Positions 1-10,500 of a DNA stretch of 32,583 nucleotides are shown here, piece by piece. Below the pieces are notes generated by a model. That model saw nothing but the letters and a program-made list of their open reading frames with translations, was not told where the DNA came from and did not search any database. A program made the position numbers and the translations under genes. Each line of letters begins with the position of its first letter. Within the stretch, counting starts at the first letter, position 1. The DNA is from Thermodesulfobacteriota bacterium (GTDB lineage Bacteria > Desulfobacterota_D > UBA1144 > Nemesobacterales > UBA2774): positions 1-32,583 of the forward strand of contig JBBDIN010000079.1 of assembly GCA_040880385.1 (NCBI GenBank), in the 5' to 3' direction.

Positions 1-1
1 C

Positions 2-907
2 GGAGGTGAAGATGTTGGACTTTGGGATGAGAAAGACGGTTTCTATTATGATAAGCTCAATCTTGCTGACGGTCGTAAGGTCCCTTTGAAAATACGTTCT
101 ATGGTTGGATTAATTCCTCTTTACGCTATCAGTACAATTGAACAAGAGACTCTGGATTCGCTGCCGGGATTTAAACGCAGAATGGAATGGTTTACGAATA
201 ATCGTCATGACCTTGTAAAGCAGTGTTGTATCGGAGAGGGAATAATAAGGGGGAGAAGCAGTCTCTCCATTGTCAGTGAAGTTACGCTTAAAAGAATTCT
301 CCAAAAAATGCTCGATGAAAAGGAATTTTTATCGCCTTATGGAATTCGCTCCGTTTCCAAGTTCCATGAAAACAATCCCTATATTTTGAAAATGGAAGGG
401 TATGAAAGTTTGGTGCGCTATGAACCTGCTGAGTCAAGAACCGCAGTTTTTGGTGGAAACTCTAACTGGCGTGGGCCAGTATGGTTTCCGGTGAATTTTC
501 TCATTATAGAGTCCTTGCAAAAATTTCATTATTTTCTTGGCGATGATTTTAAAGTTGAATGCCCTACGGGTTCAGGAAATTTGATGAATTTATGGGAAGT
601 TGCTGCTGAATTGTCAAAAAGACTCATGAATATCTTCATTAAAGATTCAACCGGTCGCCGCGCTTTTTATGGTGACACCGACAAGTTTCAGATGGATGAG
701 CATTGGAGAGACCTAATACTTTTCAACGAGTATTTTCACGGTGATAATGGTGCAGGTATCGGTGCCAGCCATCAAACTGGCTGGACTGGATTAGTGGCAA
801 AACTCATTCAGCAATGTGGTGAGTACAAAATACAAGACAGGCCACCGGAATTGACTAGCAAAGATGTCGACAAATTAGTTAAGATAATTATGAGGGGGAT
901 CTACTAA
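2..907 (+). CDS. MGH1-like / GH63 glucosidase, C-terminal part (5' truncated by window)
   Basis: The frame is open from position 2 (GGEDVGLWDEKDGFYYDKL...), so the track start at 86 is internal. Family motifs GGNSNWRGPVWFPVN and FNEYFHGDNGAGIGASHQTGWT are present. Confidence 0.9.
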   Translation, partial: GGEDVGLWDEKDGFYYDKLNLADGRKVPLKIRSMVGLIPLYAISTIEQETLDSLPGFKRRMEWFTNNRHDLVKQCCIGEGIIRGRSSLSIVSEVTLKRILQKMLDEKEFLSPYGIRSVSKFHENNPYILKMEGYESLVRYEPAESRTAVFGGNSNWRGPVWFPVNFLIIESLQKFHYFLGDDFKVECPTGSGNLMNLWEVAAELSKRLMNIFIKDSTGRRAFYGDTDKFQMDEHWRDLILFNEYFHGDNGAGIGASHQTGWTGLVAKLIQQCGEYKIQDRPPELTSKDVDKLVKIIMRGIY

Positions 908-2896
908 ATGAGCATAAACTTTGGGCGGGATATATGCAGCTACTTAGATACGGCAGAATCAAGGGAATGGCTTGTTACCAATGGAATCGGCGGTTACGCC
1001 TCAGGCACAATCGCGGGGTTGCTCACTCGTAAGTATCACGGCTTGCTTGTTGCTGCGCTCAAGCCTCCTTTAGGAAGGCACTTGCTTATCGCAAAACTTG
1101 ATGAAACCGCCTCTAATATTGGGGGCACGTATTCTCTATATTCAAACCGCTGGGCGAACGGCACGGTTGATCCTCCTGGTTATAGAAACATAGAAAGTTT
1201 TCGGCTGGAAGGAACTATTCCCGTATGGAATTTTGCGTGCGGTGACGCGATTCTCGAGAAACACATATGGATGAGACAAGGATCCAATACAACTTATATA
1301 AGATACAAATTAAAACGGGCATCATCACCTCTTGATCTAGAAATAAAGGCATTGGTTAATTACAGGGATTACCACAGCACTACACAAGGAAACGACTGGC
1401 AAATGAGGGTTGATGAAATTGACAATGGAGTGCGAATAATTCCTTATGCCGACGCTCTTCCATTTTTCCTTTTCACCGACAAGGCCAAAGTTGCAACTGC
1501 AAAGGATTGGTATGTCGGCTTCAATCTGTCCCAAGAAGAGTACAGGGGACTTGATCACATTGATGATAACTTTCACGCAGCAACGTTGAGCTTTAGTATC
1601 AACCCGGGGGAGTCAATAATTGTAATTTTAAGTACGGAGGGGGATCCAAATTTAAACGGAGAAGAAGAACTTGCGTTACGGCATGCATACGAGCAAGAGT
1701 TAACAGAAAAATTTAAAATTAGAAGTGAACAACTCTCAAGTAAGACTCTCACCGGTCTTAACCAATTGGCCCTGGCAGCTGATCAGTTTATCGTGAGCAG
1801 ACCCCAAGTCCAAAAGGGTGTGGGTAAAAGTATCATAGCGGGCTACCACTGGTTTGGAGACTGGGGGCGAGATACCATGATAAGTCTGCCGGGTTTAACT
1901 TTATCGACGGGCCGTCCGGAAATAGCAAGGTCCATACTCGAGACTTTCGCCAAATTTGTAGATAAAGGAATGCTGCCTAACCGTTTCCCTGATGGTGGCG
2001 AGGAACCCGAATATAATAATGTTGACGGTACGTTATGGTATTTTCAGGCAATTAATGCATATTATGACGCAACGGGCGACAATGATCTATTAGAATTTAT
2101 ATTCCCAATATTAGAAGAAATAATTGACTGGCACTACAGGGGGACTCGTTACAATATCGGGGTAGATACAAGTGACGGGTTACTATATGCCGGTGAAGAG
2201 GGTGTACAGCTTACGTGGATGGACGCAAAAATAAATGATTGGGTAGTAACACCACGAACCGGGAAAGCCATAGAAGTAAATGCTCTATGGTATTCGGCCC
2301 TCCGATCCATGGTAAAGTTCGCAAAACTTCTAAAGAAGAAACATAAAAATTACGAGCTTGGCGCCAAGCGCGCACTAAAAGGATTTGCCCGCTTTTGGGA
2401 TCCGGAGAAGGGATATTGCTATGATGTAATAGACGGGCCGAATGGAAACGATTCTTCTCTACGTCCGAACCAAATAATAGCCGTTTCCTTACCCGAAAGC
2501 CCGCTTTCACGAGACCAACAACAAAAAGTAGTGGAGGTCTGTGCAATACACCTTCTTACATCTCACGGGCTTCGTAGTCTTTCCCCTGAGCATCAAGATT
2601 ACCATGCCCATTACGGCGGAGACCAGCATGAACGAGATAGCGCGTACCATCAGGGAACTGTTTGGGGTTGGTTAATAGGCCCTTTTGCTCTAGCGCACCT
2701 GCGTGTATATAACGATCCCGAAGAAGCAAAAGATATTCTGAAGCCAATAATGAATCAATTGCTTTCACATGGCATAGGAACTTTGAGTGAAATCTTTGAT
2801 GGGAATGCGCCAATGACACCTAGGGGCTGTATTGCACAAGCCTGGACAGTGGCGGAAGTTATACGATCGTGGGTTGAAATCAAAAAAGCAGCTTGA
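908..2896 (+). CDS. Glycogen debranching enzyme / amylo-alpha-1,6-glucosidase (GDE_N + GDE_C)
   Basis: 662 aa. Motifs REWLVTNGIGGYASGT, IAGYHWFGDWGRDTMISLPGL, QLTWMDAK, AYHQGTVWGWL, GCIAQAW. Directly abuts the upstream stop (TAA ATG). Confidence 0.92.
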   Translation: MSINFGRDICSYLDTAESREWLVTNGIGGYASGTIAGLLTRKYHGLLVAALKPPLGRHLLIAKLDETASNIGGTYSLYSNRWANGTVDPPGYRNIESFRLEGTIPVWNFACGDAILEKHIWMRQGSNTTYIRYKLKRASSPLDLEIKALVNYRDYHSTTQGNDWQMRVDEIDNGVRIIPYADALPFFLFTDKAKVATAKDWYVGFNLSQEEYRGLDHIDDNFHAATLSFSINPGESIIVILSTEGDPNLNGEEELALRHAYEQELTEKFKIRSEQLSSKTLTGLNQLALAADQFIVSRPQVQKGVGKSIIAGYHWFGDWGRDTMISLPGLTLSTGRPEIARSILETFAKFVDKGMLPNRFPDGGEEPEYNNVDGTLWYFQAINAYYDATGDNDLLEFIFPILEEIIDWHYRGTRYNIGVDTSDGLLYAGEEGVQLTWMDAKINDWVVTPRTGKAIEVNALWYSALRSMVKFAKLLKKKHKNYELGAKRALKGFARFWDPEKGYCYDVIDGPNGNDSSLRPNQIIAVSLPESPLSRDQQQKVVEVCAIHLLTSHGLRSLSPEHQDYHAHYGGDQHERDSAYHQGTVWGWLIGPFALAHLRVYNDPEEAKDILKPIMNQLLSHGIGTLSEIFDGNAPMTPRGCIAQAWTVAEVIRSWVEIKKAA

Positions 2897-3011
2897 TTTA
2901 ATTCTCGGATTGATTTCAACAAACATTCGATTATGCGGAGTGCTTAAATATATAGCAAATATAGAACTATTGCGTCATCTTATATCAATAGAGCTTAATG
3001 GAGAATACAAC

Positions 3012-4490
3012 ATGAAGGTGCTATTTGTTGCTACTGAAATGTACCCGCTTGCAAAAGTCGGCGGGCTAGCAGATGTAGTAGGAATACTTCCTAAAAAACT
3101 AAAGGAACTGGGATGTGACGTTAGGGTAATAATCCCCTTTCATAAGCAGGTTAAGGTCAACTTATCTATATCAAATTTCATAGTGAAGGATAAGGTTGAG
3201 GAGATAACGGTTAATATTGGGGGTCAGGCTTATAAAGGGAAAATTAAAGAAGTTATTATCGGTGGTATTACGGTTTATCTTCTAGTAAATGACGAACTGT
3301 TTGATCGCGAATACATATACAGCACTCCCGATGGAGATTACGATGATAATGATGCGAGATTCGGTTTTCTTTCTCTTGGTGCCCTTAAAATTGCCAAGGC
3401 CGTCAATTTCAAGCCCGACATTATTCACTGCCATGATTGGCATACTGCTCTATTGCCTATCTTGCTTAAATGGAGGAATGATCTGAATTGCGAGTCTTTT
3501 TTTAAAGATTCAAAAGTGGTTTTTACAATTCATAATATTTCTTATCAGGGGTTATTTGAAAAAGAAATTTTAGATAAATTCAATCTTCCACAATCTTTAT
3601 TTACACATATGGACTTAGAATTTTACGGGAAAGTAAATCTTATGAAAGGAGGAATATTATATTCCAATTTAGTTACAACCGTGAGTCCGACATATGCCCA
3701 AGAGTTAAAAACACCTCAATACGGTTGTGGATTAGATGGAGTTTTTAGATCAATTTCGGGGGAATCAGGCAAATTTGCCGGGATTTTAAATGAGATTGAT
3801 CATGTGGTTTGGAATCCAAAAAATGACAGTTCAATTTATGAGAATTATGGTCCTAATAACAGCGATTCAAAGTCTCAGAACAAATTAGGCCTGCAGCGTG
3901 AATTGGGATTGGATTTAAATTTAAACAAGCCCCTCATAGGGATGGTATCAAGACTTACAGAACAAAAGGGGGTAGATCTTGTCGTTGACTCACTTAGACA
4001 GATTCTTAATCTGGGATTTCAGGTGATTATTCTAGGATCGGGGGAGGAAAGGTATGAGCGAATGCTTAAACTCGCGAAGCAAGAATATGGGGAAAACTTT
4101 TCATTGATATTAAAATCCGACGGCAAAATAGTAAGAAGGGTTTACGCTGGAAGCGATATTTTCCTTATGCCCTCGAGGTTCGAGCCATGCGGTATCGGAC
4201 AAATGATTGCTTTAAGATACGGAAGCATACCGGTCGCGAGGGGAACTGGTGGACTCCTGGATACAATTAGGAATTATAGAGTTTACAAAAATAATGGTAA
4301 CGGTTTTTTGTTCAATGAATTTTCAAAATTAAGTCTTCTGGGAGCTCTTATAAGAGCTATGTCAGTTTATCAGAATCAAATTGAGTGGCAAAAACTCGTT
4401 AGAAAAGCCATGGCGAAGCAATTCTTCTGGACGAAGTCGAGTAAGATTTATTTTGAGCACTATAGGAAATTACAAAAAAGTAAGAGGTGA
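3012..4490 (+). CDS. glgA: Glycogen synthase (GT5)
   Basis: ATG at 3012 after GGAGA gives MKVLFVATEMYPLAKVGGLADV (KxGGL). Also HCHDWH, VSRLTEQKG and PSRFEPCG. The track start at 2832 overlaps the previous gene and is rejected. Confidence 0.93.
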   Translation: MKVLFVATEMYPLAKVGGLADVVGILPKKLKELGCDVRVIIPFHKQVKVNLSISNFIVKDKVEEITVNIGGQAYKGKIKEVIIGGITVYLLVNDELFDREYIYSTPDGDYDDNDARFGFLSLGALKIAKAVNFKPDIIHCHDWHTALLPILLKWRNDLNCESFFKDSKVVFTIHNISYQGLFEKEILDKFNLPQSLFTHMDLEFYGKVNLMKGGILYSNLVTTVSPTYAQELKTPQYGCGLDGVFRSISGESGKFAGILNEIDHVVWNPKNDSSIYENYGPNNSDSKSQNKLGLQRELGLDLNLNKPLIGMVSRLTEQKGVDLVVDSLRQILNLGFQVIILGSGEERYERMLKLAKQEYGENFSLILKSDGKIVRRVYAGSDIFLMPSRFEPCGIGQMIALRYGSIPVARGTGGLLDTIRNYRVYKNNGNGFLFNEFSKLSLLGALIRAMSVYQNQIEWQKLVRKAMAKQFFWTKSSKIYFEHYRKLQKSKR

Positions 4491-4498
4491 TTGCCCAA

Positions 4499-5260
4499 AT
4501 GAATATTGAAAAACTTTACTTTAAAAATAGAGACGGCATGAATCTCTCGGCTCAACTTGATCTGCCAAGAGAAGAGAAGCCCGAAGCATATGCTCTCTTT
4601 GCTAATTGCTTTACGTGTGCAAAAAATCTAAAGGCAATAACTTATATAAGCCGTTCGCTTGTGGCTGAAGGCATTGCGGTCTTACGTTTTGACTTTACAG
4701 GCCTTGGTAACAGCGAAGGGGATTTCGCTGATACTAATATTTCTTCAAACGTTGAAGACTTTATCCATGCTTCTGAATTTCTGGAAAGCTATTATGAAGC
4801 ACCTAAGATATTAATTGGACATTCTTTAGGTGGAACGATTGCTCTAATGGCTGCCGAGTACATCACAAGTTCAAGAGCTGTAGCAATAATAAATACTCCA
4901 AGTGAGCCGGCACATCTATTACTTCATTTTAAAGGCAAAAGAAAGGAGATCGAAGAGAAAGGCGAAGCAGAAATTTCCATAGCCGGAAGAACTTTCAGGA
5001 TAAAAAAACAACTTGTTGATAATCTTGAACAAAGCTTAATACAAGTGAAAATTAGAAATTTAAGAAAGGCTCTTCTTATATTGCATTCTCCAGTAGATAG
5101 AGTTGTAGGGGTTGATAACGCTACTAATATATTTGAAATGGCTAAACACCCAAAGAGCTTTGTCTCCCTTGATAGAGCTGATCATTTATTGTCTAATAAA
5201 AGTTATTCGCTTTATGTAGGTGGTCTTATTGCAACATGGGCTAAGAAGTATATCAATTAA
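4499..5260 (+). CDS. Alpha/beta hydrolase (like the N-terminal domain of hydrolase-OsmC fusions)
   Basis: CFTC, RFDFTGLGNSEGDF, nucleophile GHSLG, HSPVD, and ADHLL His. Start is ATG 4499 or GTG 4487. Confidence 0.85.
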   Translation: MNIEKLYFKNRDGMNLSAQLDLPREEKPEAYALFANCFTCAKNLKAITYISRSLVAEGIAVLRFDFTGLGNSEGDFADTNISSNVEDFIHASEFLESYYEAPKILIGHSLGGTIALMAAEYITSSRAVAIINTPSEPAHLLLHFKGKRKEIEEKGEAEISIAGRTFRIKKQLVDNLEQSLIQVKIRNLRKALLILHSPVDRVVGVDNATNIFEMAKHPKSFVSLDRADHLLSNKSYSLYVGGLIATWAKKYIN

Positions 5261-5381
5261 AAAATCAGCATGGCAGAATTCAAGGAACAATAGCATTATA
5301 TCTATTCAGCGTCGTATTAAACTTTAATGATAAGAAATACTTTGTAATGTTTTCAAAAAAAATAGTTTTATAAAATTAATT

Positions 5382-5409
5382 TGAAACTTTTTCCCGTCTC
5401 CGACTATCT
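5382..5409 (+). promoter_or_regulatory. Putative ECF-sigma promoter (TGAAACTTTTTC-N11-TATCT)
   Basis: Matches two other copies in the window (7328-7355 minus, 15192-15218 plus). TGWAAC is a typical ECF -35 element. Confidence 0.5.
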
Positions 5410-5414
5410 ATATA

Positions 5415-5478
5415 AATGTAATCCATCCTCTCATAAGGAGCTCACTATTTAGGTATAAGCAAAGTGGGCTCCTTTTTT
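5415..5478 (+). ncRNA. Candidate small RNA (~60 nt)
   Basis: Lies between the ECF-like promoter and a terminator, with a CU-rich 5' segment (CCATCCTCTC). The 5' end is approximate. Confidence 0.35.
5435..5478 (+). terminator. Intrinsic terminator
   Basis: AAGGAGCTCACT...AGTGGGCTCCTT 12-bp stem (one G-U) running into a T tract. Confidence 0.7.
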
Positions 5479-5705
5479 GCTTCTTATTTTCGAAGTTAAC
5501 AGTTAGATAGGAAAATTAAATTTGAGTAAAAAGTTCGCACAAAAAACCGTCAGTAATCAAGGGGGAAAATATAAATGTACAAGTTGGAAGGAAAATTTGT
5601 CCTAAATAGAAAATAAAGGTTTTAATGGCCAGCCAGTTAATTCTAAACCTTATGAACATTATGGTTCGTCACTATAGCGAGAAAGTTAAAAGAGGGATAT
5701 CAATC

Positions 5706-5948
5706 ATGCATAATTTTGAAATAAAAATTTATGATAGAAATTCAGCAAATACCAGTAATGTTGAGAAATTCATGGATTATTGTAAGTATTCACTACCAAA
5801 GAAGAAAGGACTAATATTTCATGTCACACCAGACGGTGCAATGATTCAATCGAAAAAACAAATGCTTTTTCAAATCTTGAATGAGATAGACAAACTCTCT
5901 ATTTCTGTAAAGGCTATAAGAAGACTAAATAAAGGTTTAAATTTGTGA
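5706..5948 (+). CDS. Small hypothetical protein (80 aa)
   Basis: ATG at 5706 preceded by AGAGGG. The open frame extends upstream to 5625. No recognised domain. Confidence 0.5.
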   Translation: MHNFEIKIYDRNSANTSNVEKFMDYCKYSLPKKKGLIFHVTPDGAMIQSKKQMLFQILNEIDKLSISVKAIRRLNKGLNL

Positions 5949-6178
5949 TTCAAACCTAGGATCATATAAGATTCCGGAGTTTCTAATCGAAAAGGAAAAA
6001 GATACAAATATATTCCTTCCTATTGATTTATGACTATAAATATAGGAGCTACAACAAGAGCTATACCTCTTGCTCTTATTACAAACTTCATCTATAGAAA
6101 ATTATCGAAAAATAGAATTAAAATTCGCGGAGATTTCACCCCCATTATTCATAGATGAATTGTGCTAGATTGAAACTC

Positions 6179-6952
6179 TTAGACTGCTTCCACAACTCGG
6201 AGCTTTCTTTCTTGATAAAATTTCTTCGTAAACATATTAGAGTTAGCTCTGGCTTGGAAGAGATCTTCAGGAAAGTCTACATCCATCCAAAATAGATCTT
6301 CGATGTCAATGGCATTCACTTTGTACCCTTTGCTTATTAGCCCTTGAACTGCACAAATATACCACTTTTCCGTAGCTCTCTCTGTCCTTATCTCTTCCTC
6401 GAGAGCTCTCTTTAATAGTACAACTCCCATGTTTCTAAACACCCTAATCCCAACCGATTCACCAGATATTTTCTCTGTCAAAGATTTGCCTATTTCACTT
6501 ACACTTTTGTTGTAGATTTTCATTTTCATATCTTCATCATAATATTTATCTTTAATTTGAATCGGCAAACTAATATTATGTTCTCTGGTATCCAGAATCT
6601 TTTCTAGTAGATCAAATTCAAAAACATCGTCCCCATTCATTACAACTAAATCTTGATCCATCTCACTTCTTGCAATCCATAAAGAGACTAGGCTATTGGT
6701 TTCTTTGAAAAACGGGTTATAGATCGTCTTTATTTGCATCCCTAGTCCATTGTAATTCCTGAGAAATTGCTCAATTTTATTAGACTTATACCCTGTTACT
6801 ATTACTACATCATCAATTCCATACTTTCTGATGTTGTTCAGCTGATTCTCTAATATTGTAACTCCGCCCAGATCAAGTAGGCACTTTGGTACTTCATTTG
6901 TATAAGGACTTAGCCTTGTTCCATTTCCTGCTGCTAAAATTATTGCTTTCAT
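6179..6952 (-). CDS. Nucleotidyltransferase, phosphocholine/phosphonate cytidylyltransferase (LicC-like) family
   Basis: MKAIILAAGNGTRL..PKCL, TIYNPFFKETNSLVSLW, VMNGDDVF, GESVG, WMDVDFPEDL. SD GGAGG. Confidence 0.85.
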   Translation of the reverse strand: MKAIILAAGNGTRLSPYTNEVPKCLLDLGGVTILENQLNNIRKYGIDDVVIVTGYKSNKIEQFLRNYNGLGMQIKTIYNPFFKETNSLVSLWIARSEMDQDLVVMNGDDVFEFDLLEKILDTREHNISLPIQIKDKYYDEDMKMKIYNKSVSEIGKSLTEKISGESVGIRVFRNMGVVLLKRALEEEIRTERATEKWYICAVQGLISKGYKVNAIDIEDLFWMDVDFPEDLFQARANSNMFTKKFYQERKLRVVEAV

Positions 6953-7004
6953 TGTTTTCCTCCCTTATCTTGAAAATTTAAATCTTTAACATTGGTTGAA
7001 CCTC

Positions 7005-7286
7005 TTAGTCGGCTCTATAACTGTTTTCCCCGATATCAAAAAGATCATTTGGATTTAAAGGTATATTTAGTATTTTCAGATTCATGTATATAAGTCCTTT
7101 TATGTATTTTACTCCTTCGGGATCAATATAAGTTACAGAACCCAAATCTATGACTAATCTCTTCCCGCTAGCAATAACAGTTAAGCATTCTGTCCTGATA
7201 GAATGAATAGATGAGTCGGTGATTTCTCCTTTTAGCTTAAGTTCAGTAGAACCGTCACTTCGATTATTGTGATTAATTTTTAACAT
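7005..7286 (-). CDS. STAS domain protein (anti-sigma antagonist / MlaB-like)
   Basis: 93 aa, LKLKGEI...VIDLGSVTYIDPEGV. SD GGAGGT. Confidence 0.75.
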   Translation of the reverse strand: MLKINHNNRSDGSTELKLKGEITDSSIHSIRTECLTVIASGKRLVIDLGSVTYIDPEGVKYIKGLIYMNLKILNIPLNPNDLFDIGENSYRAD

Positions 7287-7327
7287 CTCAAATCAACCTC
7301 CAGTAACTTTTTCACAGTTACTATTAC

Positions 7328-7355
7328 AGATAGGTAATGCGCTGAAAAGGTTACA
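7328..7355 (-). promoter_or_regulatory. Putative ECF-sigma promoter (TGTAACCTTTTC-N11-TATCT) for the STAS-NTase unit
   Basis: The first 12 nt are identical to the copy at 15192. It sits about 40 nt upstream of the STAS start. Confidence 0.55.
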
Positions 7356-7575
7356 AATTTAATCATTGAGAGAATTACCGAGGAGAAATACGGCAGAAAA
7401 TATCAGGGGCTAAAGAATTATCAATACAAAAATAACAGGATAATGAAAAAGAATATCTTCTTGAATGTGTAAGAAATAATTATTCTTTTTTTAATGCTTG
7501 GGAAGAATTTGATAGGAAGATTTGTCTTATTATTAATAAAGCTCATATCGTGCAGATTAAAGGGGGTTCTACACA

Positions 7576-10500
7576 TTGATCAGAGGCGCTTTGGCAAATC
7601 CTTATGCAGTTGTTGTATTGGCTCTATCAATCCTAATCATTGGACTTACTGTTTTATCTCGCATTCCAATAGATATTCTCCCAATTTTTAAAACACCGGC
7701 TGTCCAGATTGTGACATTTTATCCGGGCATGCCTGCGGAGATTGTTGAAAAGGATATAACTACTCGTTTAGAGCGTTGGACAGGACAGTCAGTTGGGATA
7801 GCACGGCAGGAGTCGAAGTCGATGACAGGGGTCAGTATTGTAAAGGATTTCTTCTCACCTGGTATAGATTTAAGCACTGCTATGTCTCAAGTTTCCTCCT
7901 ATGCTATGTCGGATCTGTATTATCTTCCACCTGGAACCATACCACCTATGGTTATGCCCTTTGACCCAACCGCTACGATCCCCTTATCGCTCATTACTGT
8001 TAGCTCTCCCGAATATGATGAGACGGAACTATATGACATTGCTTACTTTGACTTGCGAAACCGCCTTCAAGGAATATCCGGTGTAATAGCTCCCGCTGTT
8101 TATGGCGGCAAACTGAGACGTATTTTAGCTTACGTCGATAAAGATAAGTTGCAGGCAAGAAACCTCTCGCCAATGGATGTAGTAAAAACACTCAAAGCAT
8201 ACAACGTATTTATACCGACTGGAAATGCCAAGATAGGAGATCTGGATTATCAGATAAATGCGAACGGAATGGTTCCAGAAGTCGATCAGTTGAACGATTT
8301 TCCGGTCAAGATTGAAAATGGTGCAGCAGTTTTTTTAAAAGATGTAGGTAAAGTTGAGGATACTCACCAAATACAATCAAATATAGTTCGTATTAACGGC
8401 AAGAGGCAAGTTTATATACCAATTTATCGTCAGCCCGGTTCGAACACAATTCAGGTTGTAGAGGGAGTAAAAAATGCCCTTTCTACGATGCTGGAACGTC
8501 TACCCAAAGGAGTTAACTTGGATGTCGTAATGGATCAGTCTGTTTATGTAAGAAATGCAATTAGCAGCCTCATTCAAGAAGGAATCTTAGGTGCCGTACT
8601 AGCCTCAATCATGATACTTGTATTTCTGGGCAGCGTGCGTTCGATGTTTATTGTTTTATTGAATCTCCCATTAGCAATTCTAGCATCATTAATAGGTCTT
8701 TATTTTACTGGTAAGAGTGTGAATGCCATGACATTGGGTGGATTAGCGCTTGCAGTGGGACTCTTAATTGATCAGTCAATAGTCGTTATTGAAAATATTT
8801 CTCGCCATATCGAATTAGGGAAATCACCTAAGGAAGCTGCATTGGTGGGAGCTACTGAAATAGCTAAACCTCTATTTATAATCACACTTACAATAATTGT
8901 AGTTTTCTTCCCCATAGTATTTATAACAGGCATCGGGAAGTTTCTATTCACTCCACTTGGACTTAGTGTAGCTTTTGCTATCGGCTCGTCATATATTCTG
9001 GCAATAGTACTGGTCCCTGTATGCAGTGCTAAATTTCTAAAGCAGGTTGAGAATAATGAGACAAACTCTTCCTTTTTTACTTTCTTTGAAAAGAGATACA
9101 GTGCGTTACGTTATTGGTATAGAAACTTTCTGATCAGGCTTATGGGGCGGAAGAAGAGAGTGCTGTTAATTACATTTGTGTTCTTCATTGGATCGTTGGC
9201 TCTTTATCCGTTTATAGGCCAGGAGCTGTTTCCTCAAATAGATTCAGGTCAGCTTATGATTAAGATCAGAGCTCAATCAGGTACTAGGGTTGAGAAAACA
9301 GAAATGCTTGTAAAACAGATTGAAGATATTATTCGGCAGGAAATCCCAACTCCGGACCTTAACATGATAATTTCCAACATCGGTGTGTTGCTCGACTGGC
9401 CGGCAGCTTATACACCCAATTCAGGTCCCCAAGACGCTTTCATCAATATACAACTTTCAGAGAATCACAAAAAAACATCTCAGGAGTATGCCGAAATTTT
9501 AAGAAAAGAGCTTAGAGGAAGCTTTCCTGGGGTTGAATTTACATTTGATACAGGAGGGATTGTAACTGCTGCGCTTAATTTTGGACTGCCGTCTCCTATA
9601 AATATTCAAGTTGAAGGAAATGATTTAAACATTGCATATGGTGTTGCCCAAGAAATTAAGAATGTTGTTGAAAGTGTCTCCGGTACAGAAGATGTACGTA
9701 TTCAACAGAGGCTCGATTATCCGCAGATTGAAGTTAACGTCGATAGAGTAAAGGCCGCTTATCTCGGACTTACGCAGGAGGATATTGTAAAAAATGTAGT
9801 TACAACACTTAACTCAAGCATTAATTTTGATCCAGCATTTTGGATAGATCATAAAAATGGAAACCACTACTTTCTAGGAGCTCAATATCAGGAAGAAGAT
9901 ATCAAGTCCATGGAGACCCTTGAAAATATTCCAATGACAAGCCCTAATAATATTAACGGTAGTGGCAAACCCGTGCTACTAAAAAATGTTGCCAGTTTTG
10001 AACGTACGACAGCCCCCTCTGAAGTAAACCATTTGGATATAAGTCGTGTCATAGATGTCTATTCTAACGTTTCGGGACGGGATATAGGATCGGTAGCTTC
10101 AGATATTGAAAAGGGAATAAAGAAAATTGATGTCCCACCCGGATATTTCGTACATATGAGAGGTGAAGTGCAGAGCATGAGGGAGTCATTTACAAGTATG
10201 GGATTCGGTCTTATGCTCGCCATTGTTCTCGTATATCTGGTTATGGTTCTTCAGTTCCGTTCATTCCTAGATCCTTTAATCGTGATGTTTGCCATCCCGT
10301 TAGGTCTTATAGGTGTGATACTTATGTTATTTCTTACCGGGACAAACCTTAATATACAGTCCTTCATGGGAATTATTATGATGGTCGGTATCGTAGTATC
10401 ATTCAGCATACTCCTGGTGGATTTTGCTAATCGATTGTGGGCAGAGGGAGCAAGCCTGGAAGAGGCTATTATAAATGCTTCTGAAGTCAGACTTCGCCCG

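Noticed and set aside
2832-3011. Long N-terminal extension of GlgA in the ORF track
   Set aside because: Overlaps the debranching enzyme gene. Family similarity and the SD point to ATG 3012.
6043-6080. Short hairpin CAAGAG-N6-CTCTTG between convergent genes
   Set aside because: Weak stem without a U tract, too little to call a terminator or sRNA.
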